In this document: positions 1 to 12,371 of the stretch, piece after piece
Layout of the letters: the number at the start of each line of letters is the position of its first letter
Numbering within the stretch: the stretch's first letter is position 1
DNA from: Eledone cirrhosa
Taxonomy: Eukaryota
Direction: 5' to 3'
DNA: 64,000 nucleotides
Assembly (NCBI GenBank): GCA_964016885.1
Contig: OZ024744.1
Coordinates: forward strand, 71,362,001 to 71,426,000
Notes under the pieces: model-generated
The model's input: only the letters and a program-made list of their open reading frames with translations
Told to the model about the DNA's origin: nothing
Databases searched by the model: none
Position numbers and translations under genes: made by a program

Positions 1-2733
1 TCCCTGTCGAATGAATCGCGTAATATGGAACGGCTCCGAGAGGTAGCCGTTCACCTTGACCCTTGAGCAGATTCTGCTGTTGTTCATTGCAGCAATCCAG
101 CCTCTGAACACGAGTCCGAAGCCTGCCGCCTCGACCACCGCATCCAGGTAACGATGGTCAACCCTATCGAAAGCCTTAGACTGATCCAAGTTGATCAGGG
201 CCCCACCGAAGCCGGATTTACACCCTACCCTCTCTATGATGTATCGCATGAGGTGGAGGTTGTCGTGTATGGACCTGGTCGGGATTGCGCATGTCTGCGC
301 TTCTCCCAGCAGGTTCTCGACGACAAGCGCCAGCCTCTTTACCAACACCTTGGCTAAAATCTGTAACTCTGTGTTTAGCAGAGTTACGGGCCGGAAGTTG
401 CCTATGTCATCCCCCTTATTCTCGTCCTTCCTGATTAGTGAGACTACGCCCCCGGCTACAGAACTGGGAATTCTCCCGTTCTGTTGCCAGTTGCAGTAGA
501 CCGCTTCCAGGAGACCGGAGAATAAGTCCGGCATTGCTACGTAAAATTCGTAGGGTAGACCGTCGAGACCTGGAGATTTGCGTTTGCCGCATTGGCTCAG
601 CGGGTCCCCTATCTCAGCGGCTGAAATCGGCCTTTCGCAGAACTTTGCCTTACTGTCCGAGAGTTGCAGTAGGCCATCGAGGTATGGACCGAAATCTATA
701 GCCCTTCCAGGCGCGCTGACCCTCCCGAAGAGTTGAGCAAAGTGCCGCTGAAAGGCTGCACACATCTGCTTCGGCTCACGTGTCACGCCTCCGTTTTGGT
801 CCTTCAAAGACCGAATCGTGGACTTGTTGCCACTTTTTGCCTCCGTCACTTGGGCCCACCTAACAGCTTTGGCTCCCTCGTTTCCCAGAGCACGTATTTT
901 GCTTCTGACAACGCAGCCCTCGTGCTTTGCGTCGAAGAACTGGTCCAAGGCCGTTCTCGTTGATAGCACGCTGGCTACGTTGCCACTTCTAATTGCCTCT
1001 TCTACTTTATCTACCAGTTCCTTCTCGGTTCTATTTCTATCACGCTAATTCTTTACTAAAAACTATCGAGTCTAATCTAACTGCCCTCTTGAGAGAGTAC
1101 CACCATCTGTTGTTGACAATGGCCCCTGTCAAGTGCTGTTTAACTAAAGTGCTAATCCGTCTACTGTAGGCTTTGCTTGTCGGTAACGACAAGTTCAGCT
1201 TCCAGTAGCCGGGTACTTGTCTATGGGTTCTATCAAGGTTGGCCATGCAGGTCACTAGTTTGTGATCTGAATAGGCAACCATGAACATTTGTGGACAGTT
1301 TAACATGTCCCTATCTTATTTCTAACTAGAACCCTATCTAGGTACGATCTAGATGTTCCGCTACGATTACTCCACGTCCACAGTGGCGCAGTCGGAAAAT
1401 CTAGTCGATATCTATCGGCCAGGTCAAATCGGTCGATTAACTGTTTGAGGCTGTTACACCCCCCTTTATCGGGACATGCTCCCACATAGTCCCAACGTGC
1501 ATCTAGGATTCCATTCCAGTCCCACACTAAAAGCAAGGAGCGGGACGTTCCCAGAAAAGTCTCTAGACGTTTGAAGAAGTCTGGCCGCGGTGTCCCGGAT
1601 GGGGCATATGCGGCCACCAGCCTGAAGGCTCCACCTTCTCTACCGCCAACGTCTAGGACCACCAGTCGACCCTCCGGGTCCAGATGTACCGTCTGTGTTA
1701 CGAGGCCCAGGTGTTTCCGCAGCAAAACGGCAACTCCGCCCCCACCCATCCGGTTAACAGAGAGATGCGTAGATCTCAAAGTCATCGAAGATGGGGGCCA
1801 GCTGTCACTCGCTCTACATCCTGGACTTGAAAATGGCTACCACATCCATACTGTGCGACCTGAGGTCGTTTAAGAGTTTGCCCTGTTTCCAGGGCATCCC
1901 CAGGCCGCGTACGTTCACACATCCAACTCTTATATTGGCCATGTTGGTGCTGAATAGTTTTGAGAGCAGTTTCCTTGCGAATTTCTACTGGAGAATTGAT
2001 GCTGAAAGCACCATTTTTTTCGAAAGTGACATATCTCCTAGCGTCCTTTAAAAGTTGTTCAGCATTTGTTATGTCGAGATATGTCAGTTTCTCCTTTTTC
2101 TGAACTGTCTGTGCAAAGGGGATTTTGGTTTCTTTGTGGAATTATCTGTGTTGGTGTTGTCATTATTGTTGTTATTGTTGTTGTTATTCTTGTTGTCACC
2201 GATGTTGATATTATTCGTATTTTCCTTGGTGTTGTTGTTGTCTTTGATGCTGGTGTTATTGGTGCTGTCTTTATTTTTTTCTTTGTTGTTATCATTGTTG
2301 TTTTTATCATCATTATTGGTGTTGCTGTTATTTTTGTTGTCATTGAACTGTTTGGTGTCAATTGTGTTGTTTGGATATGAATTTGTTTTTACATTTTCAT
2401 TTCGTCTTTCCATCTCTATTGTATCTATTGAGAAGGAAAGGGAAGACGATGTTGACTGCGAGCTTTGTAGTCTTACCGCCTCTCCACCACCATTATCGTT
2501 GAACGCAGCGTTCATAACGTAATCAAACTTTTACAATATTTTTTCCAAGATTCGATGTAGAAAAAGTTTTCAAAGGAATATTTCGCCCCTGCAGGGGCGA
2601 AAATGAGTTGACCCACCATCTGAAGGTCCAGACGGGTGGTCAAGTTACACAATGATATAAAATTTAACTGAAAACTCACGTTTTTTTCTTACACAAAATA
2701 ACGGAAACTTCTCCGCGAAGTTACACACGTCTG
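1..2733 (-). mobile_element. Tx1/L1-clade non-LTR retrotransposon, copy A (5' part; continues off the left edge; most of ORF1 deleted)
   Basis: Minus-strand APE endonuclease fragments (ORF 1300..1785 'AAYAPSG..LLLVWDWNGILD..SYLDRVL'; ORF 1040..1306 'YSDHKLV..PGYWKLN'), RT start at 1-700, Asn-rich ORF1 N-terminus (2084..2515) and 5'UTR. Near-identical to 4485-8190. Ends in a GATAGAGAGAGATAGATA microsatellite. Confidence 0.9.
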
Positions 2734-2991
2734 ATAGAGAGAGATAGATATATTTCTTTATCAGCCACAGGGGCACAAAAGAAGGGGGCAAATACAAAGG
2801 GGGAAGTTTACATACAATAAAAACGTGTAAAATGTTATCACAAATGCAATTTATAAAGTTAGTCGATTTTCCCCAATATAGGGAGACAGTTTATATGGGT
2901 AACACATACCCCCGAAAAAAAATGTGCAACCCTCATCTCCAGGAGTACGAAGAGTTTGTACTCCTTTCCTCTCCTCCTCCTTTTCCTCAAC

Positions 2992-5900
2992 CTACAGGCT
3001 GATATAGAGAGAAGGCCCATTCACTCGGGCCATTCTCGCCACTTTCACTCACCTTTCATAAAACTTGCTGGGGTACAGCACCTCCCACTCCATCCTGATT
3101 ATTCTTCCAAAGTGGTATTTGAAAAAAAGAATCAGTTGTTGGCTGAAGAGAAAGGTGTGTGACCTCAGCCCTTTCAACCTTGTCCACCATACAACCTCTT
3201 TCGCCATAGCTATCACACAAAGGAAAACCGCCTCTCCCTCGTTTTTGAAGGAGAGTGGCGGTTTGATCATGACCATGGACTCGGTGGTCAACCGGATTGG
3301 TCCCATCCGCGACAATAGTCGTTCTACATAGCCCCACAGGTCAGTGACGCCCGGGCAGTGTATGAATGCGTGCGCGACGGTTTCTTCGTCTCGCACGCAC
3401 CTCGGACAGATCTTTTTTGCAGGGTCCCTGCCCAGGCGCACATGTCTCTAGAGCTTGTCTCGAACTGGTAGAGTTCCTCGGTAGCACTGCCAGGCCAGGG
3501 ACTTTTGGAAGTTGTCAATCGGTCCCGGGCGGAAGGTCCTACCGAACAGACTGGCCAGTTCATCTTCCTCTACGCCTAGAGTTTCACCGAGCGCGTCGTC
3601 GCACTTGCTGCGGATCAACCCTCTACAGAATGACGAAGTGGAGTCTCCACTGATCGCCGGGTCCGCCTGCCAGAAGGCTGTGAGCGCCTGAGCACATTCG
3701 ATGTGCCAGTCGCCCATTTTCCTCGGTCTTTGCTTGACCCAGGCCTGCAGCTCGGTCAGCGAGACGAGTCGTGGGAAGGCTCGCCTCACGAACGGGGCCC
3801 ACACCGGTTGTCCGGTGAGGAATACGTAGAGATGCCGCAGCCTGAGCGCGTGTTTGCGCATCGTCAACCACGGCATCCCAGCCCTCCATTAGAAGGGTGT
3901 TGGCAGCAGATGGATCTTCTCACCAAATGAGCCCGCCTCTTCCAGAGGAATTGGAAGAGCGCGCGCTCCTTTTTGACGAGTGTTTTGGCTGGACAAGGCA
4001 CGACGGTCAAGCGGTAGTAGATGGCGGACGCTATAAAAGTGTTCGCCACCTCCGCTCGACTTTTCAAGGATAGTTTGCACTTGGCCCACTTCTGGGTGAG
4101 TGCAAACACCTTGGCCGTCACTTCGTTCCAGTTCTTCTCCACCTGGAGGTCTGGACAAAACCAGACCCCGAGTAGTTTTACCAGTCCTTCCGTCCAGCGT
4201 CCAACGACGCCATCAGAAGGGATCGGTTTGCTTCTCCACGATCCGAGTTGCAAACCGATATACTTGTCCCGGTTCAGCTTCGCTCCTGTGAAACTTTCGT
4301 ATTCCTTCAGTAAGGTGCCGACTTCCTCGATTTGCGAGGCGCTCGACACCATTAATGAAACGTCGTCGGCGTAGGCCGACGCCGCTTTCCGCAGTCCCGG
4401 TTCCAGAGGGATGCCCTGCAATAGCTCCAACTTCCGCAGTAGTGGCTCGAGAGTCAGTACATACAGAAGGGAGGAGAGAGGGCATCCCTGTCGAATGAAT
4501 CGCGTAATATGGAACGGCTCCGAGAGGTAGCCGTTCACCTTGACCCTTGAGCAGATTCTGCTGTTGTTCATTGCAGCAATCCAGCCTCTGAACACGGGTC
4601 CGAAGCCTGCCGCCTCGAGCATCGCATCCAAGTAACGATGGTCAACCCTATCGAAAGCCTTAGACTGATCCAAGTTGATCAGGGGCCCACCGAAGCCGGG
4701 TTTACACCCTACCCTCTCTATGATGTATCGTATGAGGCGGAGGTTGTCGTGTATGGACCTGGTCGGGATTGTGCATGTCTGCACTTCTCCCACCAGGGTC
4801 TCGACGACAAGCGCCAGCCTCTTTGCCAACACCTTGGCCAAAATCTATAACTCTGTGTTTAGCAGAGTTATGGGCCGGAAGTTGCCTATGTCATCCCCCT
4901 TATTCTTGCCAGTTGCAGTAGACCGCTTCCAGGAGACCGGAGAATAAGTCCGGCATTGCTACGTAAAATTCGTAGGGTAGACCGTCGAGACCTGGAGATT
5001 TGCGTTTTCCGCAATGGCTCAGCGGGTCTCCTATCTCAGTGGCTGAAATCGGCCTTTCGCAGAAATTTGCCTTGCTGTCCAAGAGTTGCGGTAGGCCGTC
5101 GAGGTATGGACCGAAATCCATAGTCCCTCCGGCGCTCCGCCCCTCCCGAACAGTTGAACAAAGTGCCGCTGAAAGGCCGCACACATCTGCTTTGACTCAC
5201 GTGTCACGCGTCCGTTTTGGTCCTTCAAAGACCGAATCGTGGACTTGTTGCCACTTTTTGCCTCCGTCACTCGGGCCCAGCTAACAGCTTTGGCTCCCTC
5301 GTTTCCCAGAGCACGTATTTTGCTTCTGACAACGCAACCCTCAAAGAACTGGTCCAAGGCCGTTCTCGTTGATAGCACGCTGGCTATGTTGACACTTCTA
5401 ATTGCCTCTTCTACTTTATCTACCAGTTCCTTCTCGGTTCTATTTCTATCTAACGCTAATTCTTTACTAAAAACTATCGAATTTAATCTAACTGCCCTCT
5501 TGAGAGAGTACCACCATCTGTTGTTGACAATGGCCCCTGTCAAGTGCTGTTTAACTAAAGTGCTAATCCGTCTACTGTAGGCTTTGCTTGTCGGTAACGA
5601 CAAGTTCAGCTTCCAGTAGCCGGGTACTTGTCTATGGGTTCTATCAAGGTTGGCCATGCAGGTCACTAGTTTGTGATCTGAATAGGCAACCATGAACATT
5701 TGTGGACAGTTTAACATGTCCCTATCCTTATTTCTAACTAGAACCCTATCTAGGTACGATCTAGATGTTCCGCTACGATTACTCCACGTCCACAGTGGCG
5801 CAGTCGGAAAATCTAGTCGATATCTATCGGCCAGGTCAAATCGGTCGATTAACTGTTTGAGGCTGTTACACCCCCCTTTATCGGGACATGCTCCCACATA

Positions 5901-6314
5901 GTCCCAACGTGCATCTAGGATTCCATTCCAGTCCCCCACTAAAAGCAAGGAGCGGGACGTTCCCAGAAAAGTCTCTAGACGTTTGAAGAAGTCTGGCCGC
6001 GGTGTCCCGGATGAGGCATATGCGGCCACCAGCCCGAAGGCTCCCCCTTCACTACCGTCAACGTCTAGGACCACCAGTCGACCCTCCGTGTCCAGATGTA
6101 CCGTCTGTGTTACGAGGCCCAGGTGTTACCGCAGCAAAACGGCAACTCCGCCTCCACCCCCCGGTTGACAGAGGGATGCATAGATCTCAAAGTCATCGAA
6201 GATGGGGGCCAGCTGTCGCTCGCTGTCGATCCTGAACTCGCAAATGGCTACCACATCCATACTGTGCGACCTGAGGCCGCGTACGTTCACACATCCAACT
6301 CTTATATTGGCCAT
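2992..6314 (-). pseudogene. ORF2 (APE endonuclease-reverse transcriptase-CCHC) of copy B, disrupted
   Basis: Consecutive minus-strand ORFs 6126..6350, 5031..6074, 4900..5184, 3864..4841, 3448..3876 and 3049..3441 in shifting frames. ATG at 6314 ('MANIRVGCVNVRGL'). Confidence 0.9.
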
Positions 6315-6342
6315 GTTGGTGCTGTTAAAAGAGGAAAAGAGA

Positions 6343-7971
6343 TCACTCACCCTTCGTCTCCTGGGGACCAGGCCGCACGATTTCCATGGGGGTGTTGGAG
6401 GGGTTGTCTTGATGGGTGGTCGTTTCCGGCGGGGTGGAGATGGAGATGTTTGGTGGGGTGGGGTCTGGTGGGATGGGGGTGTCTGGGGTGGGGAGGCATT
6501 TGTGAAGGACGCAGTTAAGTGGTTTCACGCAGGAATTCCCCACATTCTTCTCAAATGTTTCTTTTAGGGACCTATAAGTTTGTATAGGGACCCTAATCAG
6601 TTTTAGGTTCAGTTTTTTGCTATTTTTTATAGAGTGGGCGAAAGTTTTCCCTTCGGTGAAAACCGAAGGGTCGTTCGTGATGGTCTCCATTAGTGTTTTG
6701 TTTTCAGTGTTTATGTAAGTGTAAGTGTAATTTTCTTGTGTTGTGTTTGTTTTTGTCTGTAGTTCTTGTGTAGGTATTTTGTTTTCAGGAGGTGGGGGTT
6801 TTGTTTGTGATATTTTTGTTGTTTGTGTTGGTGGTTGTATGTTTGTGGTAGTGTTTGCTGGTTTTTTGCTTTTGTGATGTCTTTTCTTTCTTTTCGAGCG
6901 ATGGGGTTCTCCCTCGTCTTCACTGGGTGATGGCGAGATAACCTCATCTGTTGTATCGTCTGTGTGATTGGGGAGGGGTATGTCTTGGGGAGCTGTTGTG
7001 TCTGTATGTGATTTTGCAGTGGTTTTAGGTGGAGTGGGGTTGGGTGGGACTGTGTTTGTTGTGGTTATTTTTGTGTGTTGGTGTTATTGTTGTGGTGGTG
7101 TCGGTGGTTGTGTTGTCTTGATGGGTGTCGGCAGAAGAGCCTTTTTTTTTACTCATTAATTTAGGACAGGAAGCCCTCAGGTGACCCCTGCTAAAGCAAT
7201 GGTAACATGAAGGCCGACTACCCTCAACCAAAAAGTTTATGTAGGTGAGTCCGTCCAGGAGTACACGTTGTGGGATCATAGCTACTCGCTCTGGGCTCAT
7301 TTGCACCAGAACTTCAATGCTAGTCCCATTGAATACATCTCTGGGGGATTTTCCTACTGACAGTATTCTGTCTACATCAAAATTGATGAAGCCCCACAGT
7401 ATCCACCATATGTTCACCCTTGGTGTGACACTCGTGATTTTGATCTTTTGTGTCCTTTTTCCCATGTATGTAGGGAAAAAGGTGTACAGGTTGGATACAA
7501 TTAGCGACACAGAGTAATTTTGGGCCGTCAATTTATCCTTCATGAGTAGCGAAATACTCCCAAAAAGTTTGCTTCTTTGAATGAATGCAATATCATTCAT
7601 TGAACTTTTGAAAACCAGTTAAATTTCTTTCTGTGACAATTGGACTGGTTTTCGGGTAGAATTGGAAACTGTCCTAAAAACTATCGTTTTGAGAGCAGTT
7701 TCTTTGCGAATTTCTACTGGAGAATTGATGCTGAAAGCACCATTTTTTTCGAAGGTGACATATCTCCTAGCGTCCTTTAAAAGTTGTTCGGCATTTGTTA
7801 TGTCGAGATATGTCAGTTCCTCCTTTTTTTTAACTGTCTGTGCAAAGGAGATTTTTGGTTTCTTTGTGGAATTATCCGTGTTGGTGGCGTTGTCATTATT
7901 GTTGTTATTGTTGTTGTTATTCTTGTTGTCACCGATGTTGATATTATTCGTATTTTCCTTGGTGCGTTCAT
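6343..7971 (-). pseudogene. ORF1 (gag-like, CCHC zinc knuckle) of copy B, disrupted
   Basis: ORFs 7025..7600 (CX2CX4HX4C) and 6343..6690; homologous to 25640-26118 and 62440..63681. Confidence 0.85.
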
Positions 7972-8187
7972 AACGTAATCAAACTTTTACAATATTTTTT
8001 CCAAGATTCGATGGAGAAAAAAAATTTCAAACGGATATTTCGCCCCTGCAGGGGCGAAAATTAGTTGACCCACCACCTGAAGGTCCAGACGGGGGGTCAA
8101 GTTACACAATAATATAAAATTTAACTAAAAACTCACGTTATTTTCTTACATAAATTAACGGAAACTTCTCCGCGAATTTACACACGC

Positions 8188-8265
<78 letters not shown>

Positions 8266-8391
8266 AAACATTGGTTGGTATTTTTATTTTATAAACAATT
8301 TTCCACATATGCAATATGTTTGTTTACTATTTGGGTACAATTAACTTACGATAGTGATCTGTAACACGTGTCGTTAGACGAACAAAAAAAA

Positions 8392-8788
8392 ATTGTTTCT
8401 ACTTTTGGCACAAGGCCAGCAATTACCCCAGTGCATTACTGGTACTTTATTTTATCGACCCTGTAAGGATGAAAGGCAAAGTTAACCTCGGCGGGATTTG
8501 AATTCAGACCGTAAAGGGCCGTAATTCTATCCTGAAAAGCATTGCGTCCGACCCTCTACCTATACTGCCAAGTTATTACTTTAGGCACAAGGCCATCAAT
8601 TTCAAGAGAAGAGGAAAGTTGAGTAATTCGACCTCAGTACGTTACTCGTACTTTATTTTACCGACCCCCATAAGGATGAAAGGCAAAGCTAACCTCGACA
8701 GGATTTGAAATCAGAACGCAAAGGGACGTAACTATATGACACAAAGCGTGTTGTCGGATGCTCTACCGATACTGCTAATCCAACACCA
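8392..8788 (-). mobile_element. Two adjacent copies of a tRNA-derived SINE (family 1)
   Basis: Match to the family pattern: A-box-like TGGCAGTATCGG, B-box GAGTTCAAATCC, central CTTTCATCCTTACGGGGTCGATAAAATAAAGTACCAGT, tail GGCCTTGTGCCAAAAGTAGAAACAATT. About 15 copies in the window. Confidence 0.85.
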
Positions 8789-9374
8789 TATACCTGCCGG
8801 AATATAATAGCAAAAACTTTCAATTTGTGTTAGGTCAGGTCAGGCTTCTGCTTCATACTGGTACCATGTAACCGAGTACAACCTGCTTCATGGCCGAGTG
8901 GTCGGCGAATAAATCCGCTCACCCCACTAAATCCTGATTTGATGAGGAGGCTAATTGAAACCCCAGCAGCTACAAAAACAAAACAACAAAAATAAACAAA
9001 CAAAACAAACAAATAGGAGTTGTTAAAGGGGCGATGAACTCCTCAAAGTCAACGGCTATCCAGCCCAACTATGGGTTAAATAACCCCACCAATCCGTAAT
9101 GGGCCAAGCGTGGTGAGTACGGCTACACCTCTGACATGACCAAAACCAAATAGAAAGCGGTGGAGGTCAATCAGGTTTCTTGTGCTTTGATGTTTTGCAA
9201 TAATTTTACTTCTAACGCCAGAAATGAATAAGTACCAAAGTAAAAGACAAAGAGAATACTATTTTAACGTGAAGTCTGTTATTTTACTAATTTTTAAGAT
9301 ACATGTGTTTATTAACCCCCCCCCCCCCCTCCCCTCATATGTTGAACATCATTTCCAGTTCAATTTAACCGTCT

Positions 9375-9480
9375 TAGGAGGTTGGGTGGCTGTTGCAGCG
9401 GGTGTCACTGGCCATCATCCGCGGGAATGCTTTTGCCATCTTGTCAGTGGGGAGCATCACTTCTGCCCTCTTGCCCTAGG
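9375..9480 (+). mobile_element. 3' fragment of a CRE-like (restriction-like endonuclease) non-LTR element
   Basis: GGCTGTTGCAGCGGGTGTCACTGGCCATC (WLLQRVSLAI), homologous to 15325-15640. Confidence 0.55.
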
Positions 9481-9489
9481 CCCAAAGCC

Positions 9490-10680
9490 CTATCAAGTGG
9501 AACTTGAAAAAGTCTAAGAGCGCTTGACCAAAGGAGAAAGTGTCTGTTTTCAGTCCTTACAGTCGCGTACACCACACAACTTCTTTAACTACAGACAATC
9601 TGATTCCTGTAGGATTTTCGCGCCGAGAACGACGCATTAAACTTCCAGTAACTGGGTCCCTGTCTGTGTTTTCTATCTAGGCCATCCCAAATTTATGGCC
9701 TTAATATGCGACCCTTTGTAGTTGTGGACATCCTACTCTATTCCTATCTGTTAACCAACCGAACAAATTATGACATCGTAAGATATAGGAGGCTCGCATT
9801 AGCCGGTGGAAATGTGAAACGTCACAATGAACCTGCTGGCAGAGTTCTTTTCAGGAAACCTGATGTATGCAGACAAGTTGGAAGACCAACCACTAACACA
9901 CCTAAGGGTGATCTTGAAGGCGACACCGGATTGGAAGCAGGGGAATTCAGACAGCAATGTTGAACAGGGTGTGCTGCAGGAGGAACTTGGTCATGACACC
10001 GGTAATGGATGTATAGAAGAAGTAATTTGATATCAGTAACAAAGCTTTAGTATCTTTTTGCTCCTCACAAGAAACCAGCCTGTTTCGGAAGGGTTTATAC
10101 AATCTGAAGGTCATGGCTCCCTGGCAGAAACATTCTTACTTTTTTTGCAACGGGAATCTGTATTTGAACTCAGAATAAGGGAAAATAACGTCTATAGCAA
10201 GCAGTGAAATTGCGCCACTTCATGCGATATAGATGACCCAAACGGTTAGACCAGGTCCACACATGTGCATTCAGGAAATCTAGTCGGTTTTTACACCCCC
10301 TATTTCTATAGGCTACTCCCACACAGTCCCAGAGTGTGTGAAAGATGTCGGTCCTGTCCTCCGCTAACAGTAAAGGAAGAGACGTTCTTAGACAGGCTTT
10401 CTGACGCCTCAAGAAATCCAGCCGTCGAGCCCCAGTCGGCGCATAGACAGCCATCAGTCTAAAAGTGCCACCTTCGTTATTGCTCACATCCAGGACCACC
10501 AATATACCATCAAGGTTCAGGAAGAACCAGGCCTTTCATAAACAGCACTTACACTCCGCCTCACATTCCAGGCCTATTAAAAGATGCAAGGACCTCATAA
10601 TGCTCAAAAATGGTGGGTAGTGTGTGCGTGTCGGAAATGCTGGTCTCGCTGACGGCAGTCACTAGCGATGTGTGTGACTG
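9490..10680 (-). mobile_element. Old degraded Tx1-like fragments, with an RTE-like insert at about 9720-9960
   Basis: ORF 10170..10502 'VVLDVSNNEGGTFRLMAVYAPTG' matches the Tx1 APE. 9490-9680 matches the Tx1 ORF2 end ('FFKFHL') and a 'GP.YWKFN'-like motif. Confidence 0.65.
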
Positions 10681-10699
10681 CCGTAATGGTGTGTTGTTA

Positions 10700-11051
10700 A
10701 TGGTACTTTATTTTATCGACCCAGTAAGGATGAAAGGCGAACCTAACCTACACAGGATTTGAACTTATAAAGTAAAGGGCCATAACTATATACTGCAAAG
10801 CAAAGCGTCTGACGCTCTACCGATAATGCTAATTCACCACTATGAACAAGTAAAATAATAATAATTGTTTCTACTTTTGGCACAAGGCCAGCAATTACTC
10901 CAGTACATTACTGGTACTTTATTTTATCGACCCTGTAAGGATGAAAGGCAAAGTTAACCTCGGCAGCATTTGAACTTAGAAGGTAAAGGGACATAACGAC
11001 GTGCCGAAAAGCATGTTACGCGAGGCCCTGCCGATATTGCCAATCCACCAC
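10700..11051 (-). mobile_element. Two SINE family 1 copies
   Basis: Same motifs as 8392-8788. Confidence 0.85.
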
Positions 11052-11606
11052 CCTATGAACAACAACAAAAAAATAATATCAATAATAACAATAATAATAA
11101 TGTCACTATTGTTTTTGTCAAAATTTCTCACTTGCTCGTAAAAAAAATAACATTCCTTGATAGTGAGTTGTTAAAAGAAACATTTCTGAATGGCGATGAT
11201 AGGTTATTTAACGGATTTTTTAAACAAACGTGAGGTTATGTTAGTAATACAAGGCTTACAGTATCTAGACAATACCATTATAAGAAGAATGCAATTCAAG
11301 AAAACAATTCAATTTCAATTGACATGCATATTCAGCAAAAGAGCGACTTGGTAATATGTGACTGGTTCACATTACAGTTTGACGAGTGTGGCAGATATAT
11401 TGAACACAGTTGACAGTGTGGTGAGAATGGTTATTTAATGATTTAACTATATAAAAAGAGCTATTGCAAAGACTGTCTCTCCAGGTAAGAATATCTATAA
11501 CGTATTAAAGTACATTCAAATTATGAAGCTATGTGTCAGGTGGGGTACCAGCAAGGGTTAGTAAAAATCAAAGCATTAAATATATATATATATATATATA
11601 TATATA

Positions 11607-11920
11607 ACGGCGATGAATTAGTTTTGGGAGGTTTTTTATATGAAATCGTGTGTCCAAACAAATATTGGAGGAAACATAATAGTACTACTGACGATGTTGC
11701 AGATGTGCAACGAAAGAACTTTGTTAGACTATATATATGTGTTTGTGTCTATATTGTATCTGTATTTTTGACCGTTGGTCAGTCAATGGTAACATTGAGG
11801 ACCGAATAAATTAAATTAACCGATATAAAAGACACAGAAGCGAAAACCAACCAAAAAGTGAGTGTGTTCTGTTATTAATTCTGGCAATATTATTACACAA
11901 ATATGACCCTCCCCAAGTAT

Positions 11921-11925
<5 letters not shown>
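11607..11925 (+). mobile_element. Short (TA)n-embedded Penelope-like pseudo-LTR fragment with putative hammerhead
   Basis: Homologous to 36500-36810 (+) and 36030-36200 (-). 11607-11665 is the reverse complement of the segment found at the 3' end of the 36.5-kb copy. Flanked by (TA)n. Confidence 0.6.
11682..11727 (+). ncRNA. Putative minimal type I hammerhead ribozyme
   Basis: CTGACGA-T-GTTGCA(GATG)TGCAAC-GAAA-GAACTT: intact core and perfect 6-bp stem II; stems I and III are weak. Confidence 0.55.
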
Positions 11926-11974
<49 letters not shown>

Positions 11975-12371
11975 CACACACGCACACACACACACACACA
12001 TATATATATATGTGAATCTTTTTCGAACTCTATTTTGTTTCATTGTTTCATCAATTAATAAACATTGTGTGGTAAAATACTTTCATTTGGATAAATCATG
12101 AATATTTTCTTTTCGTGTAATATGTAGGATATTTATTGAAATAATAAAAAAAGGGGGAGACAAAAGGAAAGAATAGGGGAATATAGAAAAAAGGAGGTGA
12201 GAAAGAAAGAAGAAAAAGAACGGGAAGGGGAGGGGATGGCAAGAGCTCTGGTGTTGCAGAAGAGAGGGGAGGGGTGAAGGGAGAGGGTGATTGGGCCGAG
12301 GGTGATATAAATAATTAACTTCATAAGAGCAGCACGTTTGCTACACAAACATTTCAAAGCATTTCCAGAAG

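Larger units (their letters stand above)
2752..8190 (-). mobile_element. Tx1/L1-clade non-LTR retrotransposon, copy B (near full length, frameshifted)
   Basis: ORF1 with zinc knuckle 'CYHCFSRGHLRASC'. ORF2 with APE, RT ('LDQSKAFDRVDH', 'RQGCPLS', 'YADD') and C-terminal 'CPRC..ETVAHAFIHC'. Flanked by GA/GATA and (AT)n(AG)n repeats. Confidence 0.93.

Noticed and set aside
154-6567. Plus-strand ORFs overlapping the Tx1 copies
   Set aside because: Antisense shadows of the GC-richer retroelement coding sequence, with no recognisable motifs.
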